From IMG/VR virus record IMGVR_UViG_3300045391_006539: DNA of 64,000 nucleotides, one strand, 5' to 3'. The position numbers were made by a program, and so were the translations under genes. This stretch comes from a virus. Its lineage: Duplodnaviria; Caudoviricetes. Below are positions 55,879 to 64,000 of this stretch, one piece after another; position 1 is the stretch's first letter, and each line of letters starts with the position of its first letter. The notes beneath the pieces were generated by a model. It saw only the letters and a program-made list of their open reading frames with translations. It did no database searches and was not told where the DNA came from.

Positions 55879-55930
55879 CTTCCCTTCTTGCTAGGATTGT
55901 ATATACGATGTGTCGACAATTGAGAGGCCC

Positions 55931-57208
55931 ATGGTCCGACGAACCGTGACGCAGGGCTCGAGCAAGGGCGTGGTGGAGCTCCCCAATCCCACCGGTGAGG
56001 TGTTCATCGCGCCAGGCGTCGGTGCCGAAGGCACGGCCAAGGCGCAGGGCTACCAGGCGGGCATCCACGCGCGGCGTGGGTCGTTGCCCAAGCAGGACCT
56101 GCCCCTCAACCCAGACCGGCCACTGGTGCCACACCTCTCGGGTGGACCCACCTCGGGCGGACGTCCCCAAACGATGGCCGAGTTCGCCGCCAGCGAGCGC
56201 GGACAGATACCCAGGGGACCCGCACCCGCCCCGGGCGGGAACTCCATCATCATGGAAGGTGCGCCCCGCCCCCAGGCGCCCCCCGCCGCGCCGCCGCGGC
56301 TGAAGCTCCTCCCCAACGACGTCCTGCCGACCCAGGCCAAGGACGACCCCGAGTACCGCCAGGGCTACGGGTCCGAGTTCGCTGCCAACCAGCCCAACCT
56401 GGCGGCCAAGTACGGGGTCATCCGGGGCGGTACCTTCATCCCGCCTCAGAAGCTCGTCGCCGACACGGGGCAAGCCAAGCTGCGACCTGACACCGTGGCG
56501 GGCCTGCAGGCGCTTCAGCAGCACCTGCAGCAGGGAAATGCACCCGAGCCTGCGCCTGATGCCGAGGACCTCGCGGCGGAGAAAGCCGTGGCAGAGGGCC
56601 TCGGTGGCTCGGCAGCGCGCATCGGGGGCGTCGACCCGGGTTCGGAGACCAAGCCGCGCGACAGCGACGACGAGCGCGCCAAGGCCCTCAAGCGCGCCAT
56701 CGACCAGATGGACGCCTTCGAGTTCAACCAGTGGCGCCAGCTCACCATGCGCCAGATTCTCCACTCCGAAGAGGAGCGCGAGACCATCGAGAAGCGTCTA
56801 CAGCCGCTCGACATCGGCGACATCCTGATGAAGGGGGTCATCCGCCAACGCATCCCCATCATCCCCGGTAAGTACGAGCTCACGCTGCAGTCCTACGAGG
56901 GTCAGGTCGAGCTCGCGCTCAAGCGCCTGGTCATGATGGAGAGTCGCAGCGTCGACGTCGGTGAGCAATACCTACTCGACAAGCACTCGTTCATGAGCAT
57001 CGCCGTCGGCCTGCACAAAATCAACGACACGGTCTACCCCGATGTCTTTGACGCCAATGGGGTCTTCGACGACAAGTTGTTCTTCACCAAATTCAACCGC
57101 GTGATGCGCTTGCCACTGCACATGCTCGCCAGTATCGGGGTCAACCTGATGTGGTTCGAAATGCGGGTGCGCAAGCTCTACTCGGCTACCGCACTGGGAA
57201 ATGGCTAG
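55931..57208 (+). CDS. Probable tail assembly chaperone (gpG-like) with Pro-rich N-terminus
   Basis: Ends at in-frame slippery heptamer G GGA AAT (57196-57202) two codons before the stop; alternative start GTG 55910. Confidence 0.5.
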   Translation: MVRRTVTQGSSKGVVELPNPTGEVFIAPGVGAEGTAKAQGYQAGIHARRGSLPKQDLPLNPDRPLVPHLSGGPTSGGRPQTMAEFAASERGQIPRGPAPAPGGNSIIMEGAPRPQAPPAAPPRLKLLPNDVLPTQAKDDPEYRQGYGSEFAANQPNLAAKYGVIRGGTFIPPQKLVADTGQAKLRPDTVAGLQALQQHLQQGNAPEPAPDAEDLAAEKAVAEGLGGSAARIGGVDPGSETKPRDSDDERAKALKRAIDQMDAFEFNQWRQLTMRQILHSEEERETIEKRLQPLDIGDILMKGVIRQRIPIIPGKYELTLQSYEGQVELALKRLVMMESRSVDVGEQYLLDKHSFMSIAVGLHKINDTVYPDVFDANGVFDDKLFFTKFNRVMRLPLHMLASIGVNLMWFEMRVRKLYSATALGNG

Positions 57209-57624
57209 GGACTCCCGAAGGCTGGTCACGAGCAAATCTCTTGCTCAAGACCCTGCGAGCGCCACCCGAACCCGGGACGCTTCGGGAGTCCATGCTGAAT
57301 CTGCTGCTCATGAAGCAAGAAGCCATCGAGCACGCACGGTTCAGAGCGCTCTCTCAGATAGTCATCGACAAGGACAAGGGCATCGAAGCATTTGAGGAGT
57401 ACATGAAGACGGCCTTCCCGTACTTGGAGGCCACGAAGAAGAAAGACCGCAAAGAGTCCATCGACAAGCTCCTCGCAGAGATTGGTAAAGGAGCCATCGC
57501 CATTCGTCCCATCGCCACCCCCACCATGCGCAGCCGTATCTCCGAGGCCAAACAGAAGCGCATCGCACCCCAGTCCAAAGAAGAAGAGCAGAAACTCTAC
57601 AAGCGCATCGGCCGTAGCATATGA
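57202..57624 (+). CDS. -1 frameshift extension (gpT-like)
   Basis: -1 frame continues WLGTPEGWSRANLLLKTL... for 140 codons. Confidence 0.55.
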   Translation, partial: WLGTPEGWSRANLLLKTLRAPPEPGTLRESMLNLLLMKQEAIEHARFRALSQIVIDKDKGIEAFEEYMKTAFPYLEATKKKDRKESIDKLLAEIGKGAIAIRPIATPTMRSRISEAKQKRIAPQSKEEEQKLYKRIGRSI

Positions 57625-58016
57625 CCACCATTCTCGGACCCAGACAGACCACGGCAGAGGCCTACTTCTGTCCAAAGTGCCAGAGCCCAGTCGAGGTGCC
57701 CGTGACCCTGCTGGGCGTGCCTGGTGACGTGCGCTGCTCGTGTGGTTGGTACGGCATGCACACCGAGCTCGCCGTCTCCAAGTTCAAGCACGAGTTCGCG
57801 AGTGACGAGGAGATTGCAAACCGCATGTCGAGTGACCTGCGCAATCTCCTCGCCAAGACGGCGGGTTCGAGCTACGCGGCGTTCCTGCTCAAGTGGGGCT
57901 TTCTCGACCAGCCTGTCCAGCGAGCGCAGCTCGCCCGTTATCTGCAGGACATCGCCAAGGCCGTCGTTCCAGCCATCATCGAGACGCGCAAGAAGCTGGT
58001 CGAGGAAAAGTCATGA
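57621..58016 (+). CDS. Zinc-ribbon hypothetical protein
   Basis: FCPKC...RCSCGW. Confidence 0.7.
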   Translation: MTTILGPRQTTAEAYFCPKCQSPVEVPVTLLGVPGDVRCSCGWYGMHTELAVSKFKHEFASDEEIANRMSSDLRNLLAKTAGSSYAAFLLKWGFLDQPVQRAQLARYLQDIAKAVVPAIIETRKKLVEEKS

Positions 58017-58345
58017 TGGATGACCCTCTTCGAGACGAAGACGACGAGGCGCCTCGAGCCCCGGAGGTCAAACCCGACAGCAACGGACTTTTCTGTTTTC
58101 TGAATGGCGAGCGCGAATGCGGGGCAGACTGCATGGCCTACCTCACCGAGCCAAACAGCGAATCCCCGCATCTCGGTCTCCAACAGAAGAACTGCATACT
58201 GCTCGTGTCCGTCGAGCGCCTCGGAAGGTCTACTGCTGGCATCGCCAGTCTGGTCAACAAGGCCCAGCAGGCATCTGCTAAGGAGGCGGCTGACCGCATG
58301 CGACAGTCGCATCCCTCCCCTCCAGACCCACGAGGCACGAAATGA
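58013..58345 (+). CDS. Cys-cluster hypothetical protein
   Basis: FCFLNGERECGADCMAY..NC; ATGA overlap. Confidence 0.65.
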   Translation: MMDDPLRDEDDEAPRAPEVKPDSNGLFCFLNGERECGADCMAYLTEPNSESPHLGLQQKNCILLVSVERLGRSTAGIASLVNKAQQASAKEAADRMRQSHPSPPDPRGTK

Positions 58346-58947
58346 AGGCCACCATCACCTCCGTCGACCAGAACTACGTGCTGGCAACGAAGTCGGTACT
58401 CAACTTCCTCACGTTCGAGTTGCCGAGTGGTCGGCGCTTCCAAGTCCCCGTCGATGACGGGGTGGTCGAAGCCATCATTGGTGAATCGAATCAGTCGAAG
58501 GCGCACACGGACACCACTGGGTATCTACAACACGCGCCGGTCGAGCCCATACCATCCGTGAGCCGTCAGCTCGATTCTCTGTTCGAGGAGGCGCCACCCG
58601 CCAACGTCTCCATCGAGACGAGTGTGCAGCACGTCGAATGGGCGAGTCTACCAGATGCTCAACTGCCCCAGCAGGCCAAGAACGTCATGCAGGCGAGCGG
58701 TGTCGCCCCCGTCCTTCCACGTGAGGACTTCGAGCGGCTGCGAGAGCAAATCATGGCCAAGCTCTCGCAACGTCAGGAAGTCGGCAAGGTGGATTGGAGC
58801 TCGGGTGCTCGACGCGCGCCGACGCGAGTTGCTCGGCGCACGGTGCCACAAGACGAGTTCGGCAACCCCATCCCACCGGGTGGCGTCATCGAACCAGACC
58901 CCGGTGAGACCCGTGACGAGGACGATGATGGGGTCCAACAGGCATGA
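58342..58947 (+). CDS. Hypothetical protein
   Basis: 201 aa with ATGA overlaps. Confidence 0.65.
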   Translation: MKATITSVDQNYVLATKSVLNFLTFELPSGRRFQVPVDDGVVEAIIGESNQSKAHTDTTGYLQHAPVEPIPSVSRQLDSLFEEAPPANVSIETSVQHVEWASLPDAQLPQQAKNVMQASGVAPVLPREDFERLREQIMAKLSQRQEVGKVDWSSGARRAPTRVARRTVPQDEFGNPIPPGGVIEPDPGETRDEDDDGVQQA

Positions 58948-59417
58948 TTACCCTCGCCTGCCTCGAGTGCCGACTCGCGTTGCGCACGAGCAGCGAGAAG
59001 CACGACGAGGTCAACTTCCTCATCGGGATGTACTCGGAGTGGTACCCCGACCGCTATCCGTGCCCACGCAGCGAGTGCAAGGGGAAGATGACACTCACCG
59101 ACGCCATCGCCGCGGACGAGCTCGAATATCTCGAGATGCACGACGTCACGCCACAGGAGGCGTTTCAGGCGCTCCAGGGTATGGGTCTACCGAGTGAGAA
59201 AGCGTGCACGGTCGAGGGCGTACGGGCGGCATTTGCCCAGAGAGTCATCGAGCTCGATGTCGCTCCCGTACCGGGCACGCAGCGGGTGCTGCTGCGCTCG
59301 CTCAAGGTCGAGGATGGAACGCGCCTGTTCGTCGCCTCCAGCCCCTTCGGAGCCGTCGTCTACCGCATCGCCCCACCTCGTTCCGTGACCCGGGAGGTTC
59401 TCAGTGAGAATCTTTGA
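58944..59417 (+). CDS. Zinc-binding hypothetical protein
   Basis: CLEC...CPRSEC. Confidence 0.65.
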   Translation: MITLACLECRLALRTSSEKHDEVNFLIGMYSEWYPDRYPCPRSECKGKMTLTDAIAADELEYLEMHDVTPQEAFQALQGMGLPSEKACTVEGVRAAFAQRVIELDVAPVPGTQRVLLRSLKVEDGTRLFVASSPFGAVVYRIAPPRSVTREVLSENL

Positions 59418-60123
59418 CGACGTCGTCTTGCTCGAATACCGGCGTGAGAACGACGCCTACACTTTCGCGGGTAGTATCACCATCAAGGGGCAGCACGAAG
59501 AGGCCTTCCAAGGCGCCTCGTTTGTGGACATGCTCGAGCGTGCCGGGGCGGTGCTCCGGCAGTATCTGGGCTACCGCCTCATCCTCAAGCGGGGCGAAGC
59601 TCCTTACCCCATGGCCTTGCCGGAGAACATCGAGGAACTACTCCGAGACGACACGGCCGAGGCAATTCGGAGGCTCACCATTCCCCCACAACGCATCGAG
59701 ATTCGAGACCGACCCACCCGTGGCAAGAAAGACACCTTGCTCGGGGAACTTCGGCATGGCTTCGACACCCTCGCCGACGCCCTGGGCGACGAGCTCTACC
59801 TGCGACTGCAGGTGCGCCGAGATGGGTCATGGGCAGAGGACCCGGCATCCGGGCGCTGGCTACCCGTCAGTGCAGACCAACTCTGTGGCAACCTCCGCAT
59901 CGTCGAGGTCAGCCCCTATCGAGGGGCGTGGTGCACCGCTCGTACCAGCGACGTGCTCGCGCTCGGCCTCGGTCGTTACTACCTCCCACGCCGCTGGAAT
60001 CCCAGCCGTGGCTGGATTTCACACACTGCTCTCGTCGAGATGTACGAGACCTATCAGAAGGAGAAAGCCGATGCTACCAGCACGAGGAGTGACGACTCCG
60101 CAGAATCAGGGCTCCCCGCGTAA
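59404..60123 (+). CDS. Hypothetical protein
   Basis: 239 aa; SD GGAGG before GTG. Confidence 0.65.
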   Translation: MRIFDDVVLLEYRRENDAYTFAGSITIKGQHEEAFQGASFVDMLERAGAVLRQYLGYRLILKRGEAPYPMALPENIEELLRDDTAEAIRRLTIPPQRIEIRDRPTRGKKDTLLGELRHGFDTLADALGDELYLRLQVRRDGSWAEDPASGRWLPVSADQLCGNLRIVEVSPYRGAWCTARTSDVLALGLGRYYLPRRWNPSRGWISHTALVEMYETYQKEKADATSTRSDDSAESGLPA

Positions 60124-60388
60124 CGAGGGTCCCGCCAACACCGTCGTCAGCGTGGCGCCAGCCCAGTTCGTCGCCGTCGAGTATTTCGACGCCGACGGCC
60201 GTCGACACCGGGACGTGGCCCTGGATGTGGGTGGCGAGTACTGGTTCGCACGGGATGGGGAGGCGTGGACGGGTGACCTGCGTCAGGCCAAGCCGTGGCT
60301 GCGCGATGGCATCAAAGCCAAACTGCCACTGCCCGAGGCGACCCGTATCACGGACAACGTGGACGTCCTACCCGCCGTCACTGCATGA
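60071..60388 (+). CDS. Hypothetical protein
   Basis: Internal ATG of track ORF 59414 with SD AAGGAG. Confidence 0.6.
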   Translation: MLPARGVTTPQNQGSPRNEGPANTVVSVAPAQFVAVEYFDADGRRHRDVALDVGGEYWFARDGEAWTGDLRQAKPWLRDGIKAKLPLPEATRITDNVDVLPAVTA

Positions 60389-60741
60389 AGTTCCAGAGCC
60401 TCGGCAGCGACCGCGTTCTCGTACGTCTCGACCCCCGCCGGACCCACACGCGCGGGGGTCTCGTCATCCCTGACACCGAGGCGCAGATGATTCGCACCGG
60501 GGTCATCTTGCAGACGGGCCCTGGCAAGTGGGTGAAAACCCGGCGTCGAGTAACCCAGGACTACCGCGAGGTTCTACGTCCCATCGAGGCGCGTGTAGGT
60601 GAAAGGGTAGCGTTTTTCATCGGTTCGGTAGATACTAAGAGCGGCCAAGCAGTTTCCTTCCATCTACGAGAGGACGAAAGACTGATTCGAGAAGAGGACG
60701 TGCTCTTCGTAATCGAGGAAGGAGACGTGGAGGTGACCTGA
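60385..60741 (+). CDS. groES: Co-chaperonin GroES (Cpn10)-like protein
   Basis: SLGSDRVLV...TRGGLVIPDT...GVILQTGPGK...VGERVAF...LIREEDVLFVIE. Confidence 0.85.
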   Translation: MKFQSLGSDRVLVRLDPRRTHTRGGLVIPDTEAQMIRTGVILQTGPGKWVKTRRRVTQDYREVLRPIEARVGERVAFFIGSVDTKSGQAVSFHLREDERLIREEDVLFVIEEGDVEVT

Positions 60742-61136
60742 TGGAACCCTTGAAGAACACCAAGCCGGTCATGGCGGAAATGCTCGTTCGGCACGTCTTT
60801 GGCGAGTCGGAGAGCTTCGAACGCGTGTGTGCTCAGCGCGGAATGAACCTGACGGAGGCCGTCCACCAAGCCCTCAAGAGCTGGGTGGGACAGGCACTCC
60901 TCACGGCTCACTCCGAGCCGGCGCTGCCCGTCATTGGCATGCTCCCCGACCCCTCGGACTGTCCGCATGGTCAGGAGGCGCACTTCATCGACCTGGTCGA
61001 GCATGACCTGGCCGTACTCCGCCAGCGGCAGCAGGCCTGCTTTCGGGACAAGAACCAGGGTGAGCTCGCCAAGACCACCCAGGCCATCGAGACCCACATT
61101 CAGGCCTTGGCCGCGCTGCGCGAGCGGGTGGCATGA
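60741..61136 (+). CDS. Protein with ribbon-helix-helix-like N-terminus
   Basis: FERVCAQRGMNLTEAVHQALKSW. Confidence 0.5.
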   Translation: MEPLKNTKPVMAEMLVRHVFGESESFERVCAQRGMNLTEAVHQALKSWVGQALLTAHSEPALPVIGMLPDPSDCPHGQEAHFIDLVEHDLAVLRQRQQACFRDKNQGELAKTTQAIETHIQALAALRERVA

Positions 61137-61393
61137 GATTCGTCCACCTCACGAGTCCCGGGCGCCTGGAGTTCAATTGGCTCTGGGCGCCGACGTGGGT
61201 CGGGATGAACAACCAGTTGAAGGGTCAGCTCGAGCGGGACCTCGGTGAGGCAGTGCGTGTGGCGGGGATGCCCGCCACCGAGGAGAACCTCGACCAAATT
61301 CACGAGGTCTTGCTCGACTTGCTCGTCGAGCGTTACCCCGAGGTGCCGGGTCTGCGGGACTATCTCGACGGTATCAAGTTCGTACGGCCATGA
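61133..61393 (+). CDS. Hypothetical protein
   Basis: 86 aa with ATGA overlaps. Confidence 0.65.
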   Translation: MRFVHLTSPGRLEFNWLWAPTWVGMNNQLKGQLERDLGEAVRVAGMPATEENLDQIHEVLLDLLVERYPEVPGLRDYLDGIKFVRP

Positions 61394-61572
61394 CGACCAA
61401 GAAGAAGGGAAAAGACTCCAATCCGCACGTCTCCATCCGCATCCCCTTGAAGCTTCGTGACGACATCAATGACTACGCCAAGCGTCACAACACGACGGTC
61501 TCGGTGCTCACGCGTAGTTATTACGAGCAGCTTCTCGCGGCAGATGGTCCGCAAGATGCAGAGCAAATCTGA
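61390..61572 (+). CDS. Ribbon-helix-helix (CopG/Arc-like) DNA-binding protein
   Basis: VSIRIPLKLRDDINDYAKRHNTTVSVLTR. Confidence 0.7.
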   Translation: MTTKKKGKDSNPHVSIRIPLKLRDDINDYAKRHNTTVSVLTRSYYEQLLAADGPQDAEQI

Positions 61573-62150
61573 TGGAAGGCTACGAGGAGAAGACCAGCTC
61601 CGTCACGGTTCCAAAGAACACTGGCGTCGAGGGCTTCATGCGTACGCTCAGGGGCATCCTCGAGCTACGCAACGTGCAGAGCATTGCCATCGACGCACGT
61701 GGCACGGTGAGTTACACGCGCTACGTTCGGCAAGGTGAGACTCCAGTCCAGCTCGCCGTCGACTATACGAGCGTCGAGCCTTGGGCCATCATCCGTAATG
61801 GCGAGCTCGAGGAGGTGGATACGCGAGGACTGCCCGCGGCGAGCGTCGTCGCACTCCTCTTCAACCGTGTGGCGAGTGAGGGGCTCGTACCCATCGCCTT
61901 TGCTTCTGGAGCAGGCACGTTCTTCTGGAGCTGGCACGAAGAAACGAGTGGCATACGCCTCTCGCGTCGTGGTCAGGTCTACGGACTGCCTCTCTACATC
62001 GACCGGCAGATGCCCGACCATTCCCTAGTTCTCTGTGCTGCCCATGTGCGCGGAAGTCTCGTAGACTGCCATCGTTTTCTCACGGTGACGATGGCTCTGC
62101 CGCTTTCGGTGCAGGCCATACCGCCGCCGACGGAGGTGCAGATACTATGA
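61572..62150 (+). CDS. Hypothetical protein
   Basis: 192 aa, coupled to neighbours. Confidence 0.65.
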   Translation: MEGYEEKTSSVTVPKNTGVEGFMRTLRGILELRNVQSIAIDARGTVSYTRYVRQGETPVQLAVDYTSVEPWAIIRNGELEEVDTRGLPAASVVALLFNRVASEGLVPIAFASGAGTFFWSWHEETSGIRLSRRGQVYGLPLYIDRQMPDHSLVLCAAHVRGSLVDCHRFLTVTMALPLSVQAIPPPTEVQIL

Positions 62151-62635
62151 GCTACGAAAGCAAGGCAGCCGTGCTGCAGGCCGGCATCGTTCCAGAGACC
62201 ATGCTCAAAGAGCTCGAGCGTTGGGGATTGTCCGTGCCGCCCACCATCATCGAGGAGAACCAGCGCCTCGCGCTCGAGAACATCCGCGAGGCACTCGAGA
62301 GCCGTGAGCTCGTAGAGGTGCGCATTACGGACCTCGATGCTCTGCGCTCGTATCACGAGAGGAGCCGCACCGGTCGCCTCTACTTCGGGGCACATCGGAA
62401 CGGGACCAAGAAGACCCCGACCTTCGTCGAGGTCACGTTCGTGAGGACGGCAGCCGGGGACTACCTCATCCCCTGGACGCACGAGGACATCTATGACCTC
62501 ATGCTCGATGACACCACCTATCTCAAGCCGGTGGGTGAACCACGCGTCTACTTCTCCGACGTCTCGGAGCTCTATTACGGTAGGCGGAAGTTTTTCATGG
62601 TCTGCCGCCCCGCTCCCGAAGAGGTCAAGCGATGA
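62147..62635 (+). CDS. Hypothetical protein
   Basis: 162 aa; SD GGAGGTG. Confidence 0.65.
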   Translation: MSYESKAAVLQAGIVPETMLKELERWGLSVPPTIIEENQRLALENIREALESRELVEVRITDLDALRSYHERSRTGRLYFGAHRNGTKKTPTFVEVTFVRTAAGDYLIPWTHEDIYDLMLDDTTYLKPVGEPRVYFSDVSELYYGRRKFFMVCRPAPEEVKR

Positions 62636-63072
62636 GCCTCCAGGAGCGCTTCAGTGAACTCTGTGCCGCACTGCAGGCCAAGAGTGGCGCAACGGTAGTA
62701 CCGGGTAGTGAGACCATCACCCCAACCCAGGTTCGTTTCAACGTCCGCGTCCAGCCTGGTAACGATGCCCGGCGTTGGCTCAAACTCACCAAGAACATCT
62801 TGATTCTGGCGCGTACGGCGCGTTGGACCACGGATATCTCTCGACAGTACTTCCTCGACCCTACGGACGAAGTCCGCTGGGGCTGGCGCCTCATCTTTCA
62901 GGGGCAGGAACTCGAGTCTTCCCTCGCTCTGCTCGCGCAGTCCGTGCGCAGTTACGCCATCCAGGCCTCACAGCAGCTCGAAGAAGTACCCCTGCATGGC
63001 AGCCCAAATCGTTCGAGGGGTGCCGGTCTCACGGGTACGGTACCCGTTGGTCCTTTCGCCACCCGAGGATGA
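62632..63072 (+). CDS. Hypothetical protein
   Basis: 146 aa; ATGA overlap. Confidence 0.65.
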   Translation: MSLQERFSELCAALQAKSGATVVPGSETITPTQVRFNVRVQPGNDARRWLKLTKNILILARTARWTTDISRQYFLDPTDEVRWGWRLIFQGQELESSLALLAQSVRSYAIQASQQLEEVPLHGSPNRSRGAGLTGTVPVGPFATRG

Positions 63073-63075
63073 GCC

Positions 63076-63723
63076 ATGCCCGTCGCTCCAGTTCTCTACT
63101 CCGACACTCCCGAAGCCACGCCACGCATCCTCACCGAGGAGGAGAAGGCAGCCCTGGCTCAGGACCAGGTCATCCAGGACTTGAAGCGCGCCGCTGCCGG
63201 CGTGGCCAAGTTCAAAATCGAGCTCATGTTCACGGCTCAGTTCTCCATCATCAAGCCCGTGCAGGGTGTGGTGAGCTTCTGGGAGAGTGGGTCGAAGCTG
63301 CACGGTGGTGGTGACACCATCATTCACTTCTGCCCCGGCAAACGGCTCGGTAAGAACCAGTGTGAGCACTACATCCCAGACCCTTCTCACGGCTATGGGT
63401 TTCTGGTCTGTCCGGCGTGCAACAACCTCTGGAACGGTGACCAGGTCTATGGCCAGGTCCTCGCTCGTCTCACGGCGCAGGACTGGGCGAAGCTGCTCGA
63501 AAAGTACTACCGCAAGCTGGACATGAACTGCGATATCGTCATCAAGTACCAGCGTGAGGACATTCGCAATGCACATCGCCACCGGCTCCAGGTGGACAAG
63601 CTCGCCGACGTGCGTTCGGCGCCCAAACGGCTGCGGCGTATCTACACCCTGCAGAGCCTGATGGCAGACATGGCCGGTGGGTCGAGCCTGTACGATAGGA
63701 TATTGTCCTTTGTGAAGGCCTGA
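63076..63723 (+). CDS. Zinc-finger-containing hypothetical protein
   Basis: FCPG..QC...VCPAC. Confidence 0.7.
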   Translation: MPVAPVLYSDTPEATPRILTEEEKAALAQDQVIQDLKRAAAGVAKFKIELMFTAQFSIIKPVQGVVSFWESGSKLHGGGDTIIHFCPGKRLGKNQCEHYIPDPSHGYGFLVCPACNNLWNGDQVYGQVLARLTAQDWAKLLEKYYRKLDMNCDIVIKYQREDIRNAHRHRLQVDKLADVRSAPKRLRRIYTLQSLMADMAGGSSLYDRILSFVKA

Positions 63724-63726
63724 ATC

Positions 63727-64000
63727 ATGTCCAAACCCCTCCGCACCAACCCCGCCTACGCCCACCTCGCCTATCAGAAGTCTCTCATCAACAAGACTAT
63801 CCTGTATTTGAGGCGGACCTTCCTGGGCGACGAAATCAGCGACCCACGCGAGATTCTGGTCTGTGAGGAGGTCTTCCAGCAAGACCAGCAGGTCCCGCAG
63901 GAGGCCGTACAGCACTACATCGAGAAGCTCACCGAGGAGGCGGCAGGTCTCGACGTGGAGCTCCGACGCTTCCAGCTCGTCGCTCCCATCAACTCTCCGC
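63727..64000 (+). CDS. Hypothetical protein (3'-truncated by window edge)
   Basis: ATG 3 nt after the upstream stop; MSKPLRTNPAYAHLAYQKS... open to the window end. Confidence 0.65.
   Translation, partial: MSKPLRTNPAYAHLAYQKSLINKTILYLRRTFLGDEISDPREILVCEEVFQQDQQVPQEAVQHYIEKLTEEAAGLDVELRRFQLVAPINSP

Noticed and set aside
1-64000. CRISPR arrays, tRNAs, group I/II introns, DGR/retron, integrase, stop-codon reassignment
   Set aside because: No spaced direct repeats, cloverleaf motifs, reverse transcriptase or recombinase motifs were seen, and genes tile densely under the standard code. Short RNAs could be missed by eye.

Overview
A 64-kb, GC-rich segment of a large contractile-tailed (myovirus-like) bacteriophage genome; no bacterial housekeeping context, tRNA, rRNA or CRISPR array was seen. 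The + strand carries most virion morphogenesis genes: portal, baseplate spike, intein-interrupted large terminase, prohead protease, scaffold-like proteins, major capsid protein, head-tail joining proteins, tail sheath, tail tube, and a probable tail-assembly chaperone with a -1 frameshift. It also carries a 2,150-aa single-chain beta+beta' RNA polymerase embedded among the structural genes. Small non-structural genes lie in short - strand islands, each preceded by a GNN(A/G)TAA(C/G) motif, whereas structural genes have extended -10 boxes and often appear leaderless. The most unusual system is a set of ~14 head-associated proteins densely punctuated by K-x-A motifs (inferred prohead-protease sites). 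These motifs delimit glycine-zipper/tail-anchor-like peptides and a ferritin-like domain, suggesting protease-processed polyprotein cargo packed in the capsid. Other signals are a probable +1 frameshift, a long - strand double-rod RNA, a repeated 5'-UTR RNA motif and strong GATC avoidance. All functional calls come from reading motifs by eye, with no database search.
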